From Harriotta raleighana (Eukaryota), in contig JBNZDD010013718.1 of assembly GCA_050575255.1 (NCBI GenBank), positions 3,910,540-3,974,539 of the forward strand: DNA of 64,000 nt, given 5' to 3'. Under the pieces are notes generated by a model. That model searched no databases and was not told where the DNA came from. It saw nothing but the letters and a program-made list of their open reading frames with translations. Position numbers and translations under genes: made by a program. Positions 52,712-64,000 of this stretch are shown here, one piece after another. Within the stretch, counting starts at the first letter, position 1. The number at the start of each line of letters is the position of its first letter.

Positions 52712-52730
52712 CACTGCCACCTACAGGACA
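52712..52730 (-). promoter_or_regulatory. Candidate CTCF site
   Basis: Minus strand TGTCCTGTAGGTGGCAGTG closely fits the CTCF core (CC.CNAGRKGGCRS). Motif match only. Confidence 0.45.
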
Positions 52731-53939
52731 TAAATGATACCACTTTAAGTCGTCTGTTAAAAGCAGTCTTAGAAACCCAATTTAGGCTTTCCCTTCAGAA
52801 TTTAATGTTATTGCACTCCAACCTTCCAAACCCAATAGCCCAAATGCACTCTGTGCATGACATACAGTGCACACTGCAAAGGTGCACTATGTCTAAAGGT
52901 TGAACAATTAACTCACATCTGATTAACTATAGAAATCAGCTGTAATGTAACCCCTGTACATAATAGCTCAAAACAAGGTTGGTTAGACCACCATTATGAC
53001 AGATGTGGTAAAAATGTGTAAGAACCAACAAGATAAGAGTGGATTTTTTTGTCTTTCATTAGATCAGTAACACTGTGTACTTATCTTCTCCTACTAATCA
53101 GTTTTCTCCAGTGTTCCCAGTGCACAATCCATAATGTGGCAGTAAACAGAGAAGTCAATTCGTATGAAGATTTCTCTTTATCCCCCATATATTTCACACA
53201 CCCCCCCACTTCCAGAAAATGCTTTGCATTGCCTCAACATCTGCTCTAAGTGACCAAGCCCAAATAAGCCATACACAAAACAGTATACCAACATAGACAG
53301 TGTTGAGCTGCAATTGTTACCACTATGAAAAACACACATATAGTCTCCGAACATTGGCATTTTATACAGCTCTGTTTTACTATCAGAAAAACGAAAAATA
53401 GTATCTCCCAATTTCCTTCCAAGAAACATAAATGCTCAAATGCCTACATAACTTTCAAGACTGGAGCCCTGTTGAATCCCAGCACCAGAATATGCTGATC
53501 TTTCAACAGTTGGAAACCAATAATGCTGGTAATGCTGGTAACAAACAAAGAAGCTAGGCCTTTGCTGTAGGTGGGGTTCTGGTCCACTGCATAAACCCGC
53601 AGCACGTATTGCTCAGAGTGTTCCAAAGTTCATGCTGCGACATTGAGGTATTGCTGGATGTCCACAACAGAAATTAGATCATGTACATTTTGCGGGGTGG
53701 GTGGGGTGTTTCGAACAAGTATAATTCTGTAATTGTAGATGAAGCCAGCTCTGATATTGAACAGACCTAACCCTGCTTAATAGGACTTCAAACTAAAAAA
53801 TGAAATAGATAAATGAGTTATAGAACATCTAAGTTTTTGATAAATCACTTAATGACTCTCAACATGGGAAAGTTGAATCTCATGCGAGGCCAATCCTCGC
53901 AGACTTCTGATAAGTCGATCTCTACCTCGGTTGATTTTA

Positions 53940-54288
53940 CAGTAAAACCCCTTTTATCCAGCATGCTCGGGGGGGTTGACTAATTGACTCTGGGGACAAG
54001 TAGCCGAAAATCCAACATAAAAATTAACTTATTTTAAAACATATGTTAATAACAGACTACATAGTAACAGAATATTGTGTGGATACTTACCAATAAAGCA
54101 TTCCAACACATTCCAGATCGGTAAAAAACCTAAGTGAGTAAGTTTACTAAGTGCACATGCGCACACATTGCACGCATGCGCAAAGTGAACAAACTCGTGA
54201 TTCCTGGAATGGGCAATTGCCCCGGGAGGGGGTCGAGCAATTGATCGGGTCGCGGTTGATCGGGTCACGGATGAACAAAGTTTTACTG
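53940..54288. mobile_element. Tigger-like MITE, family A subtype 1 (349 bp)
   Basis: TA|cagtaaaaccccttttatcca ... ggatgaacaaagttttactg|TA. Interior colinear with 11421-11821 apart from small deletions. Confidence 0.9.
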
Positions 54289-55512
54289 TACTTCCTATCT
54301 CTCAAACCTGCATACACTGCACATATTCAGCCTGCCCCTTTTACTCAGCTGACTCTGGCCTCCTGTACAACTCTCATTCCCTTCACGATCAATGATCAGC
54401 TATCATGCATCCCAAGACTCTGGAACTCTCTGTCTCTTCCCAAATTTGGGAATCATAGTAAAGCAACTTTCCAATTATGTGTTCTTGAAGGACATGTTCT
54501 CTACATTATTGCCCAAAAAAACTTTTTTTCCCCCACTGTATTAAATTAGAAATGGTTGCAAATGTTCCTTGGACAAGACTTACCCGCAACAGATGAATTA
54601 AAGTTTATTAACACTAAAAAGAAAAAAAAATCAACATCTCTTGAAGATCATCTCCATTAAATTCTCCGGACCTCCCTTCCCACCCTTTTAGCCCACTAGG
54701 TCTATCCCAAGAACAGTCGATACCTGCTTTCAATCTACTGCTCAGGATTTGCCCTTTTATGTGCATGTGTTTGTTGGAAAGGAGAGGAATTGGGCACCTA
54801 CTGTTTAAGAGAGCTGGAGTAGGCCCAACAGCAGAGAAAGGCTGCAGAGCCCTTTATCCAAACAATGCCCATCCTGAATAAATTGAACCATGACACTCCT
54901 CATTTTGATTTACTCTTATTCTGAGCTATCCCTCCCCACCTCCCCCCACCCAAACCCTCACCCCTTCCAACCATCCCGACTTCCTCCTTTCTGGTTTCTG
55001 AAAATTAATGAAACTGCACTTTGATCTGAAAAAACCCTCTTTCTCAAGGCTTCTGAAAAATAAGGGCTTATTGTATGAAAGTCAGCAACTTTGTCAGGAA
55101 TGATTGAAGAGATGGAGGGGAAAAAAATGTACAGGAAAAAATGCCTCTAGCGGGTTATTTGATTTGTCTAAAAGCTTTTCTTTTAAAGCAAAGCAACAAT
55201 TTACTGATTGGATAGTTTCATAGGTGCCTTTCTCTGCCACTCTCCCACACCCACATCCACCGACCCACAGCAAAGCCCCATAATGCTTCTCAGCCATTTC
55301 CTGGAAGCAAATGTTAAGGCCTTGAAATATTTGGTCCATCAATGGATCTTGATGTGAAAGTGGTACACAATGCCCCTCCTCTCGAGGCCTTTCATCTATT
55401 TATTGTCATCATCCGAAAATCCGACACAAGCTGAAACCCATAGCTATGATCCAAACCAGAATTCTGCACGCCATTTTGCACGCCATCATCCGCCCATTAA
55501 AATTTCTCACCT

Positions 55513-55658
55513 CTGGAATGGAATGTGCAGTCTCTCACTGGAGGGACACATTGTGTGCTTACCTAATTATGGAAAGTAATAGGCACAAGTGGGCTGTAGC
55601 CAAGGTGTGGCGGGTTCCAGAGCTCACATTGGGGAATCGCTGGAGTTTAATCAACTAA
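55513..55658 (+). repeat. Unclassified ~145-bp interspersed repeat, copy 3
   Basis: Colinear with 16660-16803 and 33718-33861. Confidence 0.8.
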
Positions 55659-58600
55659 AACTGCTTTGGTTGCTATTGCGAACAATGTTTGGCAACCTTC
55701 CCTCTACCTATCCACCTAAGACTATGCCCCACCCATTAATATCTTGCCATGTAGGGTTTACAGAAGCCAAGTGACTGATCTGCCTCTCTAAATTCTGGTG
55801 TGATCCAGTCTAGCTAATCCATTAACTGTGCCCTGGAGGATTGAATACTTCATCCACTAGTTATTGTAAATATCAGAACCATCACCCGATCACTAGAGCA
55901 GAGCTTTGGAATCTTCCCCATCAGTTTCTCTTTAACCTAATAAAAAAAAGTTTGCTTTGACTGGGGATTCAGGGCTCAGTTTTTCTGATGCAAAAGTACT
56001 TTGCCTAGCACAGTGTTACACTGACTTGTTTAATCGCCTGGTCCATTTCCTTAGCTTTAAACACCCACGCTAAGAGACAGACAACTTTGCTGTTTTGGGG
56101 TGAAAAAAAACAATTTCAGTCTTCTAAGCTGTGGTAATCAGTGCTAATGCCTTTACCAGCAAAACTCATACTGCTCAACCATGCTTCAGTGATTCTGTTG
56201 CATGCATTATCTGCTTCAGAATATGAATCCAGCTTCTCCACTGATTGTACAGCTCAATAGGAAATCTATACTGTGGGAAGGAAGAAGGGATACAGCCTTT
56301 GACAATACAATCTGTGCTAACTTCACAAGCCACATTATTAACTTCATAACCAACAGATAAAAGATTTAGAGTTATCCACCTCACGCAATAGTTAGTTCTA
56401 AAAAAAAAGGCTTTTGGGTTATGTTTTAAGGGTGGTCTTACCAATTGGCAGTCATGGCTTGACAAAACGTTTCAAAACCCTACCGCCTGTGGAAAGCTAC
56501 ATTTTATGTTCAAGAGACTTTGCAAAGAAGCAAAAGGGCAGATCATTCATTTCCTCCAATTCAATGCGGTGATGGAAAAACAGCAGCATATGGTTGCACA
56601 TGTGCTTGCAGTAACTGTACACGGATGAAGTAAGGAAGTAGGGACATTTGAGAGGGGATTGTGGTTTTTTGGCTTTGGCTAACAATTCTCTAAACCCATT
56701 TAGGTTTGATCAACTGTCAAACAACAAATTAAGAGAGTTGTGGAGTCATAAAACAAAGGGTGTCAAACGCCAGATTTACAAGTAAAATGAGATTCTTGTT
56801 TGGTATATCAGTGCACTACATGTAAAACAACCCACTTAATTCTTTATTTACTTTGAATGCAGAGCAGGCTTGCTCTGCAGAATTTACATTGTCAATCTGT
56901 TGCATAATTTTACTTCAAGCACATTAGAAATTTAATCTTTTCCAAATTAAATTAAAATATCTTTTACAAAAACTGTTATATTTTTTAAATAGTCCTGCAC
57001 TATGTGTGACTTTAATGAAACACAGTTCCTCTCTCATCACCCCCAAGACTCTAAATTACAGCACGGACAGAAATAGGCCATTCAGCCCAACTAAGCCCAT
57101 GCGACTATTTGAGTTTATACTTTGAAAGCATAAAGTTTAAGACTATGCAGAATGCACATGACCTTTTCAAAGATAATTTTGGGGAACCCAATTCACACAC
57201 ACACCATGTTTACATTGCCTCAATGTCTATTGATGTGGTGCAGAAAAGTTAATGGCTAGCTCCAGCACAGTTCGCTTTCAAATCACACTATTTGCTTTCA
57301 AGTCTCAAAAGCAGCACAGCCAGATCTCTAGACAGGTTTGTTACAAACCTGTCCTCATTCCAGAATCTGAGCTAGATTAGCCCAATACTCAGCTCTCTGC
57401 ACTGAATATTTGCCACTCACTATAAAAGGCACAAAATACTTTATTACAGAACTGCCGCAAACAGGATGTTTTGTGGCAAAATCTAAATGACAATTGTACT
57501 ATTTTCTGATGGTGTGAAAGTAGTAAAACATCACAAAACAAATTGCATATTACCCAGCTGCACTACAATGACACAGTATTTTGTATTGTACAGTAAAATC
57601 ACTGCATTTTAATATTTGTGGCAATCTGAGCTGTGGCTACCATAAATGCAACACATACCAATATATTAAACGTACCTGAGCCTGACTGAACCAAGCTGAA
57701 ATACGCAGAGAACATTTGCCTCCAAGTGGATTAAATCAAAGCAAATAATCCTTTGGGATCACCCAAGTGCAAGTGGAAGTGCTGGACTTTGTGGGTGGAG
57801 TGGGATTTGTGCCCAAATGATGGCTTTTTGAGTGTGCAAAACTACTCACTGAAGAAAATGTATTACACCGTTTTGTATATATGGAATAGAAGATTACAAT
57901 CCGCAGAGGAACCCGCAGAATGCACATTGTATAACTCATTTTATATTAAAAAATGCAAAACAGGTCAATTGAGAAAGGAGCATAAAAATCACATTATACC
58001 AAACCATGAATTGAAGAAAAGCATTTTTTTTAGACCACAAGGTGTGTTTTTGTTCAAAGTTTTCCATCACTCGGTTAAATTATTGCTAAAGCTTTTCTTG
58101 TAACTGTCACCTGCAGTGAGTATAATTACATCCTACCCACATCACACACGCCCACATCCAAATGCATTGAAAAGAGGGAGCTTTCACCAGGACCCAACCA
58201 GACAATACAAAACATAAGCCACCTGACGAGCGTCTCTAAAACATTTGTGTGCACGACTAATAAAAATGACAGCTTCAGAGCTAAACGACAATCAAACCTC
58301 AGGCACCATGCCGACAACATCAAATTACCTGGAAATCTGGGTGTAAGGTGAGTTCTTTGGAGAGGGTTATGGTTCACCAAAGATATCAGTCTTCTGACCC
58401 AGTAATTTAAAGCAGCAATGCTCAATTAACATCAATGTTAGTACACTTTATTTTATGATCTACTGCCCATCCCACAGGTTATCTCACAAAAGTGCTTATT
58501 TTCATCCCCCTCTCTCTTTTCAAGGTCAGATAAATAGTGCGTTGGGGGATGTGAAGAGAAGGATCAGTCAGGTGGATTCGATGGGTATTGTTAGAAAGTT

Positions 58601-59021
58601 GAGTGCTGTACAATTGTTACTGGATGGAAATGCTACACAATGCTACATAGTGAAGACATACAACAGAACTGTGTGGATGTAACAAGCAGGTGTTAATCGA
58701 TAGTACCAAGACATAGAGAAATGGTCAATTACGTGAAACAAAAAGCAGCCTTGAATCTTTGCACCCTTATCGCCTTCCCTGTCTTTGCCTAAACAGAACA
58801 AAGGGAACCAGTAAAACTACTTAAGATACCCCAAAATGAATGGTTTATTACATACACAACTTTCCACATAATATTTTGCCTGACGGAAGGCATTCTGTAA
58901 ATTTATACACAATCTGCCTTCAGCAACCTTTCCAAAGGGAGTTAAATGCTTTCATTTTCTATGAAAGACTCGTGATCACTCTTGTGCTGTGGACACTTTG
59001 TGCTCTATTCAACCCATGAGA

Positions 59022-59262
59022 CAACAACAACAAAATTACACTTGTATAGCGCCTTTCACGTTGGGAGGACATCCCAAAGCGCTGAACAGTCAGGTCGGGA
59101 CCCAAGCATGGGGGGGAGGGGGGCGGGGGGAAGGAGAGTGGGAGAGAGGGAAGAGTTAGGGGGGGAGCCGAAGGCACAGTCGAAGAGGAAGGTCTTGAGA
59201 TTGGCCTTGAAGGAGGAAAGGGAGGAAGCAAGGCAGAGGGACTGCGGGATGGAGTTCCAGCA
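59022..59262 (-). mobile_element. 5'-truncated L2-type LINE 3' end
   Basis: ORF 59056..59301 contains WNSIPQSLCLASSLSSFKANLKTFLFDCAF (L2 ORF2 C-terminus). (caa)n tail at ~59022-59033. Confidence 0.88.
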
Positions 59263-59759
59263 CTGAAGGATACCATACATGGTACAATGAAAGCCCCACA
59301 TCTATTATTGTAAATGCATTACAGAATATCACTGCACCATCTCTCATGAATTCACAGCCATTATTGTTATGTGAAATCAAACATAATTTTTCTCTTTAAA
59401 TCATTGGAAGCTAAAACTAAAAAATGTGAACAATTGGCATCTTCAGCTTCAAAGCTTGCTACAGTTCTTCAGCACAAATATGAATACAAACATGTACCAC
59501 TATTGGTGTCTGGCTGCCTCTCTAACAATGAAGTCTGGCTTAGCAAGCTCCATGTTTGGTTTGATAACTTTGGTCTGTCATGCAATGGTTTGCTGCCAAT
59601 TCATCAATGCGATACCCTCCACTGCAAGCCCTTCACAGGCTGGTTGTTTGAAGGAAGTTGGCAGCAGAGATGAAATGAAGGAGAGAAACATCAATCAATC
59701 TTGCCAGTGAGTCTTCCAATTGGCTCAAGGGCAGCACAGGTATGGACCAGGAGGTAGGT

Positions 59760-59872
59760 CTTGTTTTGCTCACATAATATACAGTCAATTCACTTTACAG
59801 TATATGCTATGATGCGCTTTGAGATGTCTCGAAGACGTGATAATTCGCTGTATCAAATGCAAAGAGTTTTAT
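59760..59872 (+). mobile_element. SINE 3' fragment
   Basis: atacagtcaattcactttacagtatat...gcgctttgagatgtctcgaagacgtgata...cgctgtatcaaatgcaaag tail. Confidence 0.8.
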
Positions 59873-60454
59873 AATTAAATATTATAGGTGACTACTGGGT
59901 TGTTCATTCCGATATGGCGATTCCAGGAATGTGCCAAAATAGAAGGAAAATATAACCTGTAAATTGTTGACAAATCTTTTATATCTAAACTTTAAATTAA
60001 ACACGCTCTTTATTCCTTTAGTGCAGGTGGTTTGCAAATACATTATTCTAATAGCTTAATAACCTAAAAACCTAACACTCAAAATATCAAGGCAGAAATT
60101 CAGACTGGTGACCTGTTTTACAGTGAAAGTCTGTAAAGACTTGTGAGGCTCCAGGAAAAATGCTGCTGTATCTTTAGGGTAACCTGTGTTAATTCCCAGT
60201 GCAACACACTATTACAGTTCCTTTGGGATAGTTCCAAAAACTAGGTTATATACTATAGTAGGAGCTCGGTGAGTTTTCTTCATTGATCCCATGCCACAGA
60301 TAATGTGCATTATAACAGGAGATCATGTACATCAGACAAATAAGGAGTCTACAACCAAAGTACAATGGCAAGATCTCAAAATTGTTCTTGCACTCCATCT
60401 GCACTCTATTGCTTAACAAAAGAAAACCTTTGAGATTCCAATAGCATTACCCAC

Positions 60455-60574
60455 CAGAAACGCTATCACACTCCTCTGTATGGATTCCCACTCGAAACAG
60501 CTGTTGATATATTGTACTGTGTTCCATATTGCCATAGTGAAGTTCCGAACACGTCTAACATTGCTCATCAACAC
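60455..60574 (-). CDS. MCTP2: MCTP2 coding exon
   Basis: 120 bp, acacag| and |gtgggt. Encodes VLMSNVRRVRNFTMAIWNTVQYINSCFEWESIQRSVIAFL; TMAIWNT and SCF.WES..RS.IAF are MCTP2-type. Confidence 0.95.
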
Positions 60575-61272
60575 CTGTGTGAGGAAAAGGAAATTTTACA
60601 AAAGAAAATAAATGCAAAGGTTTTGTAAAGGCTTGAAGTCAGCGGAATAATGACGGGAGATCAATAATGCTTCGGTGATTTAACAACAATAAGCCTGATT
60701 TCACAGGTATCAGCTTCACTTCGGTTCGTTACAAAGCAGATTTTTGCTCCATTAAAGGTGTATTCAATTGTTTATTGGAAATAGCACCCAGATCAGTTCC
60801 CTCCAAACCAATATTTGCAAGGTTAATAATAATATTATTATTATTATTACCTGCAAGGTTACTTATAAAATTGTTCAGAGTATTATTGTATGCATACTTC
60901 TTGTTAACACAATAAAAAAACACATTACTATATTTAGTTACAACAGGCACTCCAGGATAGCTGATCCTGCAAGGCAGTGTCTTAATGTTTGCCTCTTGCC
61001 AGGAAGAAAAGACTCAACAGTGAAAAGAGCCAACTTAAAATTGCTCCCATGTCATTTATTTATTCCAAATATCTTTCTCATATTTATAATCAGGGAAAAC
61101 ACTCGGCAATACTTGTATTAACGGTATTACAACAGGTATTTATTTTTTGTAAAGATACAATAGGGCTCCCTTTTTGGAAGATGCATTGGTGGTTCAGTGG
61201 TAACATTTTCTTCCTCTGGAATACAGTACTAACGAGACAAAATAGAGTTGACAACATAAATTAGTGAAATAC

Positions 61273-61347
61273 CTTTTTTGAAAATTTGAGATTTTCGTCT
61301 TGGATCTTATGCTCTTTTGGATTGAAGGTTTTGAGGCTTGCTTTCAT
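61273..61347 (-). CDS. MCTP2: MCTP2 coding exon
   Basis: 75 bp, ccttag| and |gtattt. Encodes MKASLKTFNPKEHKIQDENLKFSKK, matching the MCTP (V)KAS.RT..P.E....E...K.SK pattern. Confidence 0.92.
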
Positions 61348-62631
61348 CTAAGGAATTAAAACAAAATCCCGGAAATATTTATTTTTGAGCCAAGGAAACA
61401 ATTAATTTTGTTCCCGAAGACTACCTTAGATTTCCAGAATACTACACGGGTAAAATGTCACTTGCGTCTACATTTACTCTATTAACATTACATTTCAGAG
61501 TGTCCATAATTTGGCAAATTATTAATTACAGCCATCAATTTGAAGTTGTATTTCTGTAAAAAAATGTTTCAGAATTTAGACAGAGTTCAACAATGTCAAA
61601 TTCTGGAAGCTCTAAATGCTACAATAATAAGTGTAAATTTGGACAATTGGTAGCATTGGTAGTGGAATTTTATCTGTGATATCTTACACAAGAAAGCAAA
61701 CAGCAGTTACCAAAAAGCCCAAATCCCCATTGGTTTATACCAAGTTTATATTAGGCACTATTACATCATCCGTGCCACTGAAATGCAAAATAAAAAAACA
61801 TCAGTTTAGCAAAGAGAGTTTGAAGCGCTCTGAGATGCTGTCATGGAGGGCACTAAATAAATCCAAATTGTTGTTCAATTCTATTCAGGAAGCATTCAGA
61901 GTAAACAGTAAAAATATGTTTTATCCAGTTAATTTTTTTTATTCCAATATATAATAAATACAACTGTCAAAACATGTTCAGGGACGGAATTTAGTAACAC
62001 AAGTGACCTATCAAAAACAACTTGGGACATCACATGTTCAGGATTTGCTAAACTATCAGTGAAGCAATGGATTTGGTCTACAATACCAGTAAAGGCCCCT
62101 AGCAGCCAAGGCACACNCTTGGGACATCACATGTTCAGGATTTGCTAAACTATCAGTGAAGCAATGGATTTGGTCTACATTACATTTGTCCACAATGTGC
62201 TCAAAGATGGGATGACAAAATGCTATTTCAAATAAAAATAATACAATACATTTCTACGACATAAATGGTTACAGCTTGTTGAGGTGGGCTGTCTCCAAAA
62301 CGTAATTTCCCGGCAAGTTCTGAAAATTTATAGCACTGGATGCACAAAGTAAAATAACACTCTCCTTATATAAAGCCTAAGATGTAGAATATAAAAATAA
62401 AAGAGCAACAGATCACTTTAACTCTACTGTCACAATGAAAACGACAAACAAATTTATGTATTTATCTCATTGTAGTTAACTGAATGGGATGCATGTATAA
62501 TCCAATGTATCAAGTGCATAATCTTGATCATTATTATCTTTGTAAAACTCTGCAATGGTGCCTGATAAAGAAAATTAGGATATACATGTATCTNCTCTGC
62601 AATGGTGCCTGATAAAGAAAATTAGGATATA

Positions 62632-62875
62632 CATGATTCACGACAGGGTTGCGTTCCTGAAAAATGTCATGTAAATCGAAATGTCATAAATCAAAATGTG
62701 GTGGCTCTTGAGGTCCCACGAAATACACCATGTACTACGTGTGCACAAAACTGATGCCCCACATTTTTTGTCATTACAACAAAACCAAATGTCATATCAA
62801 TAAAAAGGTGTTAAATGATTATGTTTGCAAATCGAAACAATATAAATAGAAGCATCGTAAATCAGGGGATACCTG
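62632..62875. mobile_element. Tigger-like MITE, ~244 bp
   Basis: Right TIR tcgtaaatcaggggatacctg|TA, with a shortened left TIR TA|catgattcacga. Subterminal gggttgcgttcctgaaaa resembles ggggttacattcctggaaaa in 4115-5084. Confidence 0.7.
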
Positions 62876-62950
62876 TAATGAAAAATCACCAAGGTTGGCA
62901 CACGGTTTAATTAAAAAATGCACTGTGTCGTGCAATTATTCCATTCTCAC

Positions 62951-63052
62951 CCAGTTAAAGACTAGATCCAACTTCAAGTAAATAACTCCTTTCATTCGTT
63001 GTCCCAACTTTCTGTTCTTCAGAACACATGCAATCTGCTGACCATTTCTGAT
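62951..63052 (-). CDS. MCTP2: MCTP2 coding exon (end of C2C domain)
   Basis: 102 bp, ctctag| and |gtgaga. Encodes IRNGQQIACVLKNRKLGQRMKGVIYLKLDLVFNW, phase 0/0. Not in the ORF track; read manually. Confidence 0.93.
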
Positions 63053-63644
63053 CTAGAGTCACAAAACAGAACACCATGAAAGTAGACTAGCAATAAGATC
63101 AAGTTATAGGAATTCAACAAACATCAAGTTAAGTGGGTAACCCATAGCACATCAAGCCACATGGCTGCCCAAGTGACCTTGACAATGTGCAATGACTCAG
63201 AGAAGCTGTTGTTTCTCTCGAAGATTCAAGAGCAGTTCACATAGTTAACAAGCGAGAGGTTCTTCATGGTAGCTACAGGGAGCCATCGTTATATTCAAGT
63301 TAAAAGACTCAATGGGATGAGAAATGCACTAATCGGTATAACTGAGACGTTAGCAACCATGGACTCATTAGAAAAGCTAGTGAAATAGATAGTTCATGAA
63401 TAAGAAACTTGTAAAGCTGTAGGCCTTTTTAAGCTCTGCACATATATCGGCAGCTCTTCTTTGTCAGAAGTTCCTAATTTTAGGGCAGTAGGATTCTCAT
63501 CCACATGACAGATGTAAATCATTATTAGATAGCAGACAGGAGATGATTGATTCAATGCTGCAAAGCCCAAGGACAACAAATATCTGCAATGATAATGCTC
63601 ATCAATAAAATAAACTGATAAAATCTCAGAGTATTTAAACTCAC

Positions 63645-63747
63645 AGACAGCAAAGGGATCGCAACCTTGCCAAGGAAGTCTGGCGGCTTGTCCCCATCTT
63701 CATCAAAGATCGTCACTTCCAGTATATCATGAATGTCCCTAATATTA
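63645..63747 (-). CDS. MCTP2: MCTP2 coding exon (C2C domain, Ca2+-binding loop); first exon in window, gene continues beyond 64000
   Basis: 103 bp, ttctag| acceptor and |gtgagt donor on minus. Encodes (x)[47 protein letters not shown] is the MCTP2-type motif (MCTP1 has DEDRDRSADFLGK, from recall). Confidence 0.95.
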
Positions 63748-63879
63748 CTAGAAAATGGAGACAAATTGGTAAACATGATCAAATGGGAATATTGTATTAA
63801 AAATCACTTGACTCTTTCCCTCATCTGGTCTGATACTGTTAAAAATGACAAAGTCTTGGCTCCGTTGAAATTTGATCCC

Positions 63880-64000
63880 AATTTTGTGTGTTGATTATGC
63901 ATTGTTATGATTTCATTTCATTGGCTGATTCATTGTGTTTGCCTACAAGTTCAGTCACAACACTTCATAGTAAATGCTGTGAAGCGCTTTGAGATGTCAT
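63880..64000 (+). mobile_element. SINE 3' fragment, cut by the window edge
   Basis: gtttgcctaca...cagtca...cttcatagtaaatgctgtgaagcgctttgagatgtc tail motif. Confidence 0.65.

Noticed and set aside
59371-59710. Overlapping ~95-100 aa plus-strand ORFs as a nested antisense gene
   Set aside because: Non-ATG starts, no recognisable domain and no splice-compatible partner exons found.
1-64000. CRISPR array, operon or other prokaryotic-type system
   Set aside because: The sequence is spliceosomal-intron-containing vertebrate DNA with no regularly spaced repeat-spacer array and no long ORFs.

Overview
This is AT-rich, repeat-dense vertebrate genomic DNA. The tRNA/Deu-type SINEs, L2 and CR1 LINE remnants and Tigger-like MITEs suggest a cartilaginous fish such as a chimaera or shark, which is an inference. 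The only gene I can support is the 3' half of MCTP2 (multiple C2 and transmembrane domain protein 2) on the minus strand. It has ten GT-AG exons from 63747 down to a TAG stop at 5707-5709, splicing in frame to about 317 aa that cover the end of C2C, two hydrophobic membrane segments, an acidic linker and the PRT_C-type C-terminus. The rest is intron or 3' flank holding retroposon fragments, TA-flanked MITEs, two foldback elements and an unclassified ~145-bp repeat in three copies. There are also assembly artefacts: a 149-n gap and three single-n junctions flanked by duplicated sequence, one of them 1.9 kb. I found no convincing novel coding system, and nearly all ORF-track entries are spurious. 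The most interesting leads are non-coding.
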